In this document: in pieces, positions 1 through 8,172 of the stretch
Position numbering within the stretch: the stretch's first letter is position 1
Layout: every line of letters starts with the position of its first letter
Source: Candidatus Eiseniibacteriota bacterium
GTDB taxonomy: Bacteria > Joyebacterota > Joyebacteria > Joyebacterales > Joyebacteraceae
Length of the DNA stretch: 64,000 nt
Direction of reading: 5' to 3'
Assembly (NCBI GenBank): GCA_030609365.1
Contig: JAUWCJ010000001.1
Span: 1,266-65,265 of the forward strand
Translations under genes and position numbers: made by a program
The notes under the pieces: generated by a model
What the model was told of the DNA's origin: nothing
The model's database searches: none
What the model saw: the letters and a program-made list of their open reading frames with translations, nothing else

Positions 1-941
1 CGAATATCGCCCCCATCAGAGCGCTCACGGGAGTTCTTTCCAGCACAGGACTCCGCGCACTTCTGTCTAGAGTGCGTGCTTTTGGACCGGACGTCGTCGT
101 TTGCTCCTACATATGGGCCGCCCCCATCGTTTCCCGCATCAAGGAACTCGGCATCCCGGTCGTCTACGACTGCAACGACCTCCACACGGAGTTCTACCCT
201 GCCTGCCCGGATGCCGCGGAGCGCGTCTTCCGGGATCTCGTCGCCGGCGCCACGGAGGTCGTATCGTCGTCCGAGCGCCTGCAAGAGGTGTGCGGGCGGG
301 GGACGGTCGTGGGGAACGGGGTAGATCTGGGAATCTTCACGGGGAAACGCGAGGGACCGCTCCCGGCGCTCATCGCTAAGAGCCCGGTCGGTGACTGCGC
401 TCAGCTGGTCGCCTACGTGGGGTCGGTCGACGGCCGGATCGACTTCGACGTTCTGGAAGCTCTGGCGGGGGCGCTGTCCGATCTACAGACGAGGACGGGT
501 GTCGTGTGCATCGGGAGGGTGTTCGAGGGAGCCAGGGCGAAGGCAGAGGCTCTCGTCGGGAAGCACCCGGAGCACATTGCCTTCACGGGCCGCGTTCCCT
601 ATGAGGAGCTGCCTGCGTACCTCTCTCACGCCGCGGTCGGGATCGCACCGTTCGTACTGGACGAGAGAACGCGGGCAATCAACCCGAACAAGCTCTACAT
701 GTACGCGGCGATGGAACAGAACATCGTGTCGACCCCCTTCTCGGCGGACATCAGGGAGCATGAGGACCTCATCTTCATCGCCGACGGTCCAGACTCCTTC
801 GCATCGGCCGTCAAACAAGCGCTCGGTGACGAGGAACGCCGCCGAGCGGTGAGAGATCGTATCGCCGTCCCCAACAGCTGGGACGAGAAGACACGGGCGT
901 TTCTGAGAGTGCTTGCCCGTATAGCAAGCGGGGGACGCTAG
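1..941 (+). CDS. Glycosyltransferase family 1 (GT4-type), 5'-truncated at window edge
   Basis: The reading frame is open from nt 3 with no upstream stop, so the gene starts outside the window. Translation shows GT-B C-terminal Rossmann-like motifs (..AYVGSVDGRIDFDVL.., ..GIAPFVLDERTRAINPNKLYMYAAME..) typical of group 1 glycosyltransferases. Confidence 0.6.
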   Translation, partial: NIAPIRALTGVLSSTGLRALLSRVRAFGPDVVVCSYIWAAPIVSRIKELGIPVVYDCNDLHTEFYPACPDAAERVFRDLVAGATEVVSSSERLQEVCGRGTVVGNGVDLGIFTGKREGPLPALIAKSPVGDCAQLVAYVGSVDGRIDFDVLEALAGALSDLQTRTGVVCIGRVFEGARAKAEALVGKHPEHIAFTGRVPYEELPAYLSHAAVGIAPFVLDERTRAINPNKLYMYAAMEQNIVSTPFSADIREHEDLIFIADGPDSFASAVKQALGDEERRRAVRDRIAVPNSWDEKTRAFLRVLARIASGGR

Positions 942-1033
942 GAGGAACAAGCCTCCCTGCGTCCCCACGCCTTGGGGCAACCACCCCACACGCCTCCTCT
1001 CACATCACCGGGTTCCCCGCAAATCCAACCTCT

Positions 1034-1603
1034 CTACTCACCTTCTGCCTGGTCCACCGAACCGACGACGACCTTCCCGGCCGGCCGCTCCATCTCGGAC
1101 GAGTCCGCTGGTTCAAGGCCGCCGGCCTCACGCCGCAGGTCGGGATCGGCATCTCCCGTCCCTCTCGCCGCGCAGGGCGCGAGGTAGAAGGTCAGCATCT
1201 CCGACGGGTAATGGTAGGACAGTTCGATGTCGTAGCGTTCGGAGCAGTACCCTTGCGCATAGACGACGACCCTGAAGTCCCTGTACTCGCCGCCACCGCG
1301 CCCGTCGTAGTAGAGATAGCCGCCCGAGACCACGGTGTAGCCGGCGGGATTCACCGGCCATAGCCCGCGGTAATCCCAGCTCCACCAATCCCTCACATAG
1401 AGCTCGACCTCGGCCCACGGTATCGGCATCCCCGTGTAGTGGTCGAGCGCGTATACGTGCAGCGTCGCCATGCGGGGCGGCGGGGTGTTGCAGTAAGGGT
1501 CCTGGATGCAGACAATGCATCCGGACAGCATCATGGGTATGATCAGAAGCAGAACGCCAGCGGTAAAGGATCGTCTCCGGGATACTCTCGCAGTTGGCCT
1601 CAT
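1034..1603 (-). CDS. Hypothetical lipoprotein (signal peptide with lipobox LSGC)
   Basis: N-terminus MRPTARVSRRRSFTAGVLLLIIPMMLSGC has a basic n-region, a hydrophobic core and a Cys lipobox. There is no recognisable catalytic motif. It overlaps the upstream gene by 4 nt. Confidence 0.45.
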   Translation of the reverse strand: MRPTARVSRRRSFTAGVLLLIIPMMLSGCIVCIQDPYCNTPPPRMATLHVYALDHYTGMPIPWAEVELYVRDWWSWDYRGLWPVNPAGYTVVSGGYLYYDGRGGGEYRDFRVVVYAQGYCSERYDIELSYHYPSEMLTFYLAPCAARGTGDADPDLRREAGGLEPADSSEMERPAGKVVVGSVDQAEGE

Positions 1604-2847
1604 GGTCCGGACCTCCTAACCCTCACGTCGAACTCTATCCACTTCATCCGGGGCACCTGCCAGTGCTTGGTCGGGGCCACGCTGTAGCCGACCACCTCCA
1701 CCTCGACCCTGACGCTCCCCCATTGCCTGACGTAGACCCTGCCCCGCGAAGGCGCCTCGCCGTGGTCTCCCTCGATATCGATGCGAAAGATCACGTCGTC
1801 ACCCCAGTGGTTCTTCATCGACAGACGCCCGACTATCTCGGTGGGGTCACCCTTCGAGCTCTCGACGCAGTCGATCTCGATCGCCGCGTCGGTGGGTCCC
1901 ATGTTGAACCCGCAGGAGTACCGGTCGGAGCTCTTCTTCATCTTGAAACGGTCGTGGAGGATCACACGGTCTCCGCCGTCCCGCCAGTGACCGTTGTCGT
2001 ACCGGTCGTCGTACCAGTCGTCGTACCGGTCATCGTTGCTCCAGTATCCACCGTCGTTGTTTCGTCCGTCGTCGCGCCAGTGTCCGCCGCCGTACCAACC
2101 GCCCCCGGCAACGTAGAACGATACCGAGGCACACGACCAACGCTCCGGCTGGTTGTGCCACTGAGGTGGCACGGGCCAGCGGCCCGGTCCGACGGTCACG
2201 CGGCCATGCCATCCCGGCGGGGGGGATCCACCGGGACGGCCGACCACTACACTCCCTCCATTCGGATGATGCCGGGGGATCCAGGCACCGCCCGAGCCAC
2301 TGGGCCAGGGGGTTTCGTGGGCGCATGCTACCAGCGTCTCAACGCCTCCCATCCCAGCGATTCTGAGGGAGTATCTCCGGCTCTCCGGAATCCTGTACGT
2401 GCGTCCCGGACTCACAAAGGTAGAACCGGACCACCTGCTCGGATATATGGTGCTCACCCGCCCGTCGGGCGAGTAGTCGAGAATCGTGACGAAACACGGA
2501 CGGTCGACGCGGAAGTACACCCACAGACGCTCGCCCGGGTAGTAGGTTGACCATTCTCCGCGGTCGACCCACATGCGAACCCTCGGGGCGGAAGCGTGCT
2601 GCGACGGATGCCCGTCACCCCAACCACTCCAGTGCGGCGGCTCCGGCGTGACGACGATCCTTTCCTGTCTGGCGCCTTCTTCGACGGGCCTGGGCTCTTC
2701 ACCCATCGGCCTGTCTTCCTTCATCACGTCCGCGGCCGGCGCGAGCTGTGTCGTCGCGACGAGCACGAGCGCGGCTGTCAGGACAAAGAGCGCCACGAGG
2801 ACAGTTCGCCACCTGTCAATCGATATCGCACGGGTCATGACTGCCAC
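1600..2847 (-). CDS. Secreted DUF4384-like protein with D/Y/W-rich internal repeat
   Basis: It has an N-terminal TM/signal segment. A segment YYPGERLWVYFRVDRPCFVTILDYSPDGRVSTIYP resembles the DUF4384 core. The low-complexity stretch DDRYDDWYDDRYDNG is encoded by tandem gtcgtcgtacc repeats at ~1985-2035. Confidence 0.5.
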   Translation of the reverse strand: MAVMTRAISIDRWRTVLVALFVLTAALVLVATTQLAPAADVMKEDRPMGEEPRPVEEGARQERIVVTPEPPHWSGWGDGHPSQHASAPRVRMWVDRGEWSTYYPGERLWVYFRVDRPCFVTILDYSPDGRVSTIYPSRWSGSTFVSPGRTYRIPESRRYSLRIAGMGGVETLVACAHETPWPSGSGGAWIPRHHPNGGSVVVGRPGGSPPPGWHGRVTVGPGRWPVPPQWHNQPERWSCASVSFYVAGGGWYGGGHWRDDGRNNDGGYWSNDDRYDDWYDDRYDNGHWRDGGDRVILHDRFKMKKSSDRYSCGFNMGPTDAAIEIDCVESSKGDPTEIVGRLSMKNHWGDDVIFRIDIEGDHGEAPSRGRVYVRQWGSVRVEVEVVGYSVAPTKHWQVPRMKWIEFDVRVRRSGP

Positions 2848-2954
2848 CTCCTGTCATCTGCCGGAGCGCCCTCTCGTTGGAAGCTAAACTTCTCAGGTGC
2901 TCCCCGGCTGTTTGTCCACGCGGCAAACTTAGACGCCGCGCCCTGCCCTCTATT

Positions 2955-2992
2955 CAGCAAACAGAAACGGCCGGGCTCAGAAGCCCGACCGT
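2955..2992 (-). terminator. Candidate intrinsic terminator for CDS 3068..3589
   Basis: Hairpin GGCCGGGCT-CAGA-AGCCCGACC at 2969-2990. On the plus strand it is preceded by an A-rich run (aaacagaaa), which is U-rich downstream on the minus strand. Confidence 0.3.
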
Positions 2993-3067
2993 GAGATGGC
3001 ATCGTGTATTCAGCTGCGCTACTTATGAAACACCCGCCGCTTCTGAGAAGCGACTGAGGAGGATCCT

Positions 3068-3589
3068 CTACCCGCGCGCCGAGAGCGCGAGAACCAGAAC
3101 TCCCGCACGTATCGGGGGTCCGCCAAGAAGCACTGTCCCACCGTTCTTCAGGCGTATCTTCGTTCGCAGGATCACGTCGCGCTCAGGGGTCGCCCGTCCC
3201 TGTCCGCCCTTTCCGCGTGGTACCTCGCGGAAGAGGGTCACCAGCATCTCTATCATGTCCGAGCCGTCGCGGCCAAGTTGTTGTGGTGCGATCTCGATGG
3301 AGAAATGCTCGGGAAGTCCGAAGACTGTCGCGTCACTGAACTGAACGACGGCGCGGTCTTTGCTGAGAAACGTGTAGCTGTCGTATGCGAAGAGAGACGT
3401 GAGGTTCTTCGAGAAGGGCCCCAGCCGCGGGTCCAGCTCGACGGGCGCCTCGCCGCGTTCCGAGGCGGGACGCTTGGCGGCGACAATCGATGTCACCTCC
3501 ACCACTATCTCACGAGATGATGCGGCCGACGCCGGCGCTGCGAGTGTCATGAGCAGCGCTATGGAGCAGACGATAACAGTCGTCCTCAT
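3068..3589 (-). CDS. Hypothetical periplasmic protein downstream of ECF sigma/anti-sigma pair
   Basis: The ORF extends to 3655, but the start at MRTTVIVCSIALLMTLAAPASAAS (nt 3589) gives a clean signal peptide and avoids overlap with the anti-sigma gene. No known domain was recognised. Confidence 0.45.
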   Translation of the reverse strand: MRTTVIVCSIALLMTLAAPASAASSREIVVEVTSIVAAKRPASERGEAPVELDPRLGPFSKNLTSLFAYDSYTFLSKDRAVVQFSDATVFGLPEHFSIEIAPQQLGRDGSDMIEMLVTLFREVPRGKGGQGRATPERDVILRTKIRLKNGGTVLLGGPPIRAGVLVLALSARG

Positions 3590-3620
3590 GTGCCTCCCCG
3601 AAGTCCGGTCCTGCTTCGAG

Positions 3621-4175
3621 CTACTTCGCCCCCGGACCCTCTCCGCGAATGCCACCCTCGACCTCTTCCGAGAACACCCAGATCACCGTCATCTCGGGGT
3701 CCTGAGAGGAGAAGAACATCGGCGTATACCCAGCGGCGAGGCTCTCGATACTGTCGACTATGCACTCGTTGCTCGCCGCAGCCGTCTCGCCGTGCCACGG
3801 TCCAATACCGAGAGGCCCGACGCTCAGGATCACGAAGAGAGCCACGACACACGCGGCCGCGACGGCGTAGGCGCGCCTCCGCACGGGAGCGTAGACGGGT
3901 CTGGCCTCCCGGACTCTCGCTACGCGCCGCGAGTCCCGGTCGACATCATCCAGCCCGAGCTTGAGCTCGTTCCGGAACTGAGCCCACCTGTCGTTCGAGA
4001 CGGCGGGCGCCCCGTGGCTCTTCAGGATTCTATCAGACGCACGAATCGAGTCAAGCTCGCTCGCGCAGGCCTCACAGCGCTCAACATGCGCTTCGACCTT
4101 GCGCTTGAGCCTCTCAGGCAGTTCCCCGTCGGCGAACGCCGTCAGGTATCGTTCGAATCTACATGGCCTTCTCAT
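3621..4175 (-). CDS. Anti-sigma factor, zf-HC2 type, single-pass membrane
   Basis: N-terminus has C5, the FADGEL motif and H-x3-C-x2-C (HVERCEAC), matching the putative zinc-finger anti-sigma signature. A hydrophobic segment AYAVAAACVVALFVILSVGPL follows. It sits 3 nt downstream of the ECF sigma gene. Confidence 0.6.
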   Translation of the reverse strand: MRRPCRFERYLTAFADGELPERLKRKVEAHVERCEACASELDSIRASDRILKSHGAPAVSNDRWAQFRNELKLGLDDVDRDSRRVARVREARPVYAPVRRRAYAVAAACVVALFVILSVGPLGIGPWHGETAAASNECIVDSIESLAAGYTPMFFSSQDPEMTVIWVFSEEVEGGIRGEGPGAK

Positions 4176-4178
4176 TAT

Positions 4179-4823
4179 CTAGGCGTCCTCCGCCCCTCCT
4201 TCCGACACGGACCGACCACCCTGGACGTAGGGTGCAAGCATCGCTCTCAGTTTCTTCCTCGCGTAGTGCAGGCGCGACATCACCGTTCCGATCGAACAGC
4301 CGACGATATCCGCGATCTCTTTGTAAGAGAGTCCCTCTATCTCGTACAGGACGAACACGGACTTGTGATATTCGGGCAGGAGATCGACGGCCTTCTGGAT
4401 CTGTTCTCCCAGTTCCGACGACAGAGCGTCGGCTCCAGGTTCCCGCGGCAGACTGGCCACGATCGGCTCGCTGCCCGCATACTCAGCTACCTCTTCCGGA
4501 ACCGCCAGTGAATCGACCGAGCGAGCTTTCTTCCTCGTGTAGTCGATGCACGTGTTCATCGTGATCCGATAGAGCCAGGTCGAGAAACTCGACTTCCCTC
4601 TGAAGCTCTTGATCCCGCGATAGGCGCGAATGAACGCGTTCTGTGAGAGGTCCAGTGCGAGATCCGGATCCTTGGCGAACCTGTAGGCAACCGCGTAGAC
4701 GATGTCCTTGTGGCGTTCGACCAGATAGTCGAAGGCCTCGCGATCGCCTGCCTGGGCGTCCCGCACCTTCTCGAGATCGACCTCCTTGGGGTCTCGTTGC
4801 TCCTTGGGGTCTCGCTCAGGCAT
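4179..4823 (-). CDS. RNA polymerase ECF-type sigma-70 factor
   Basis: Sigma-70 region 2 (..FDYLVERHKDIVYAVAYRF..AFIRAYRGIKSFRG..FSTWLYRITMNTCIDY..) and region 4 HTH (..LSYKEIADIVGCSIGTVMSRLHYARKKLR..) are present. Confidence 0.85.
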   Translation of the reverse strand: MPERDPKEQRDPKEVDLEKVRDAQAGDREAFDYLVERHKDIVYAVAYRFAKDPDLALDLSQNAFIRAYRGIKSFRGKSSFSTWLYRITMNTCIDYTRKKARSVDSLAVPEEVAEYAGSEPIVASLPREPGADALSSELGEQIQKAVDLLPEYHKSVFVLYEIEGLSYKEIADIVGCSIGTVMSRLHYARKKLRAMLAPYVQGGRSVSEGGAEDA

Positions 4824-4905
4824 CTTGCCTCGCCGGGTAGTCTGACGGGTTCGCTTGCACAGTATTCACTTCAAGGCCGGTTCGCGCGGGATTCGGCCGT
4901 CTCCA

Positions 4906-4938
4906 GGACGTTTCCCGCTCCACTCGGGGACGTTCCCC
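4906..4938 (-). promoter_or_regulatory. Direct repeat GGGAA(A)CGTCC x2 (minus-strand reading) upstream of the ECF sigma operon
   Basis: Two 10-11 nt repeats (plus strand GGACGTTTCCC 4906-4916, GGACGTTCCC 4928-4937) lie 22 nt apart in the 118-nt gap upstream of the sigma gene. They resemble ECF-type GGAAC/CGTC elements, but the spacing does not fit a canonical -35/-10. Confidence 0.25.
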
Positions 4939-4941
4939 GCC

Positions 4942-6297
4942 CTAGATGCGGATGTCACCGAACTCGCGGAGCTTCGAGGTCACCGTCTCCTGGATCTCAG
5001 CAAGACGCTCCTCGGTCCGCGCCTCGAAGCGCATGACGATAACGGGCTGCGTGTTCGACGCCCTGACCAGGCCCCAACCATCGCCGAAGAGGATCCTGAC
5101 TCCGTCCACGTCGATCACGTCGTAGTTGGCCGTGAAATACTCCACGGCCTGCTCGACCATCCTGAACTTCGTCGCGTCGTCGGATATCTCGCCGCGGATC
5201 TCCGGTGTCGAGTAGTAGCTCGGTAGCGTCGCGACCATCTCGGACAGCGACTTGTCGCTTCGTGACAACATCTGGAGGATCCGGCACGAGGCGTAGACGG
5301 CGTCGTCGATGTTGTAGTAGCCGGAGGCTAAGACCATGTGGCCGCTCATTTCTCCGCCCAGTGGAGCGCCGCTGTCGCTCATCTTCTTCTTCAGATGAGA
5401 GTGCCCGGTCCTCCACATGACGGGTGTGCCGCCGTGGGCCTCGATGTCCTCCACCAGCGCCTGCGAGCACTTGACGTCGAAGACTATCTCGGCTGGGCCC
5501 TCGGCGAGGACCTCGCGCGCGAGCAACGCGAGCATCTTGTCGGCGAAGACGACGTCCCCGTTCTCGTCGACCACACCGACCCTGTCGGCGTCGCCGTCGT
5601 AGCCGATGCCGATGTCGGCGCCGTGCTCCTTCACCGCGGCGATGAGGTCCGTGATGTACTCCAGGACGGTCGGGTCCGGATGATGGTTGGGAAACGTGCC
5701 GTCCGGCTCACAGAAGAGAGGGATGACCTCACATCCAAGACTGGACAGAATGTCGACGGCCACGAGGCTTCCGCATCCGTTGCCACAGTCGGCCACGACC
5801 CTAAGCGGCCTCTCGAGCTTGATGCGTTCGCGCACGGCGTCCTTGTATTGCCCGATGATGTCGGAGGACGAGCACGTCCCCTCCCCCGTCTCAAAGTCGC
5901 CGCTCTCGATGATCTTGCGGATCTTCTGGATCTCTTCCCCGTAGACCGAGTCACGACCCAGGTTGAGCTTGAAGCCGTTCATGTCCGGCGGATTGTGGCT
6001 GCCGGTTATCATCAGGGAACCGTCCACCGGGAGAACATAGAGGCTGTAGTAGAGCACGGGCGTCGGCACGGTCCCGATATCGACGACGTCGAGGCCGGCC
6101 GAGAGCGCTCCCTCTATGATGAGAGCGCGGAACCTCTCGGTGGAGAGGCGTACGTCCCCGCCAAGCGACATGCTCTTGCCGCCGTGGCGCAGAACGTATG
6201 TCGCGAACCCCCTGCCTATGTCCCTCACGACGTCGTCGGTGAGGTCCTTGTCCACGACGCCTCTGATGTCGTACTCCCGGAAGATGTAACTCTGCAT
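4942..6297 (-). CDS. Phosphomannomutase/phosphoglucomutase (alpha-D-phosphohexomutase family)
   Basis: Active-site loop ITGSHNPPDMNGFK and a full-length ~450 aa four-domain architecture with Mg-binding and sugar-binding motifs. Confidence 0.85.
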   Translation of the reverse strand: MQSYIFREYDIRGVVDKDLTDDVVRDIGRGFATYVLRHGGKSMSLGGDVRLSTERFRALIIEGALSAGLDVVDIGTVPTPVLYYSLYVLPVDGSLMITGSHNPPDMNGFKLNLGRDSVYGEEIQKIRKIIESGDFETGEGTCSSSDIIGQYKDAVRERIKLERPLRVVADCGNGCGSLVAVDILSSLGCEVIPLFCEPDGTFPNHHPDPTVLEYITDLIAAVKEHGADIGIGYDGDADRVGVVDENGDVVFADKMLALLAREVLAEGPAEIVFDVKCSQALVEDIEAHGGTPVMWRTGHSHLKKKMSDSGAPLGGEMSGHMVLASGYYNIDDAVYASCRILQMLSRSDKSLSEMVATLPSYYSTPEIRGEISDDATKFRMVEQAVEYFTANYDVIDVDGVRILFGDGWGLVRASNTQPVIVMRFEARTEERLAEIQETVTSKLREFGDIRI

Positions 6298-6369
6298 CGC
6301 TTCCCCCTTCGGATCACTGATGTAGCTTGTGGACCGGCCGTCGAGTCTGACGCCGGGGCGCTGGGCTGG

Positions 6370-7002
6370 CTATGGCTCGCGTGGTGGCTCCAGGGACGAT
6401 TCCCTGTCGGTTGATTTCCCGAGCGAACGCCGCAGGCTCGACCACCAGGCCTCGCCCTGGCGGCTCTCGAACTCGAGCACGAACTGGGCGGCACCACCCA
6501 TGCGAACGCGCACCCGTCTGAGCGCCGGCGTCGACGTCTCTAAAAGATACACATCGAGGACCGCGACGTCAGAGTCGGCCGAACGCAGAAACACGAATCT
6601 CATCGGATTCCGCCGGCCACCTCTGTCGATGACGTAGAGAGCGGCACGCGTAAGACGGACGTCCGCTTGGACCGAGCCGCGAGCGCCGTCTGTGAGCTTC
6701 ACCTTGACGTCCTCTTCCTTCCGAAGGACGCCCTCGGTCCGCGCGCGGTGCTCCCACTCTTCACGGGCGGCTCTTGCCTTTTTCCTCCGTATCAGTTCCG
6801 ACACGACGGCAAAGAGCGGCGCAAAGAGATACGGCAAGCTCTTCCCGAACTTGCCGAGATCCAGTTCGGGGAGGTGGATGGACAGCCCGCTGATCGACAA
6901 TCCTGCGAAGTCGGAACTGACCGCAATTCTATAGACGATGTAGCCAACCACAAGCGCGGCCAGCACCACGTACGCCCAGCGTTCATCTCTCTCGTGACTC
7001 AA
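6370..7002 (-). CDS. Hypothetical membrane protein
   Basis: Two predicted TM helices (YVVLAALVVGYIVY.., LPYLFAPLFAVVSELI) followed by a soluble domain. No recognised motif. Confidence 0.4.
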   Translation of the reverse strand: MSHERDERWAYVVLAALVVGYIVYRIAVSSDFAGLSISGLSIHLPELDLGKFGKSLPYLFAPLFAVVSELIRRKKARAAREEWEHRARTEGVLRKEEDVKVKLTDGARGSVQADVRLTRAALYVIDRGGRRNPMRFVFLRSADSDVAVLDVYLLETSTPALRRVRVRMGGAAQFVLEFESRQGEAWWSSLRRSLGKSTDRESSLEPPREP

Positions 7003-7045
7003 GCTCCGCTCCTCACGGGAACCGTGCCGAGCATTCGGAACGGCG

Positions 7046-8029
7046 TCAGTCCAGCGCCGTTCCGATCTTGTCCCTGACCTCCCGCATTGTCTCCTGTGCG
7101 ATCGGCCTCGCGCGGTCCGCTCCCGCCCTCAGGATATCTCGCACATCGGAAGGCTTCGCCAGAAGCTCGATGCGTCTCTCTCGCACGGGAGCGACCGTCT
7201 CCTGGATGTGCGCTGCGACGATCTTCTTGCAGTCGACACAGCCGATGCCGGCGGAGCGGCAGCCTTCCGCGCAGTGAGCCATTTCCTCGGGTGTAGAGAA
7301 GATCTTGTGATACGCGTAGATGTTGCAGACCTCGGGGTCGCCCGGGTCGGTTCGTCGCATCCTCGCCGGATCGGTGACGGCGGTGGCGAGCTTCTTCGAT
7401 ATCTCCTCGTCCGTGTCGTCGAGGTAGATGCAGTTGCCTAAGCTCTTGCTCATTTTGTTGGCGCCGTCGGTGCCCACGATCTTGGCGCCCACCGACAGAA
7501 CCTCGGCCGGCTCCGGAAACGTCTCGCCGAATACCGAGTTGAAACGCCGCGCCATCTCGCGCGTAAACTCGAGGTGCGGAACCTGGTCCTCTCCCACGGG
7601 CACGATCTCGGACTTGTACAACAGTATGTCCGCGGCCATGAGGACGGGGTAACCGAAGAGACCCATGTTGACGTTGTCCGGGTTCTGCCTGACCTTGTCC
7701 TTGAAGGTCGGGATCCGGGACAGCCGTCCCATGGGCGTGATACAGTTCAATATCCACGCGAGTTCGACGTGCTCCAGAACCAGCGACTGGAGCATGATGA
7801 TCGACCTCTCAGGGTCGAGCCCGGCTGCCAGGTAGCTCGCCGCCGCATCGAGGACACGCACCGGCATGTCCTTGGGGTCGTACCTGACCGTCATCCCGTG
7901 GAAGTCGACGATGCCGAAGACGGGCTCGTACGAATCCTGAAGCGTTACCCACTGCTTGATAGCCCCGAAGTAGTTGCCGATGTGGAGCCTGCCGCTCGGT
8001 TGTATCCCGCTGAAGAAGTGCTTTCTCAT
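7046..8029 (-). CDS. trpS: Tryptophan--tRNA ligase
   Basis: Class I aaRS HIGH-type motif (GRLHIGNYFGA) and KMSKS motif (ANKMSKSLGN). The 327-aa length is typical of bacterial TrpS. Confidence 0.9.
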   Translation of the reverse strand: MRKHFFSGIQPSGRLHIGNYFGAIKQWVTLQDSYEPVFGIVDFHGMTVRYDPKDMPVRVLDAAASYLAAGLDPERSIIMLQSLVLEHVELAWILNCITPMGRLSRIPTFKDKVRQNPDNVNMGLFGYPVLMAADILLYKSEIVPVGEDQVPHLEFTREMARRFNSVFGETFPEPAEVLSVGAKIVGTDGANKMSKSLGNCIYLDDTDEEISKKLATAVTDPARMRRTDPGDPEVCNIYAYHKIFSTPEEMAHCAEGCRSAGIGCVDCKKIVAAHIQETVAPVRERRIELLAKPSDVRDILRAGADRARPIAQETMREVRDKIGTALD

Positions 8030-8172
8030 TGTGTCTCCAGATGTCGTGAAGTTGGCTTGCGGCCGCCAGCCGTGGCCCGGCCGCGCAACATCCGCCTATG
8101 CTAGCATGCGCGTACCCGCCCGTTCAACCTGACTGGCGCTGGCTGTCTGGCGCTGGCGCGGTGTTCCCGCCG

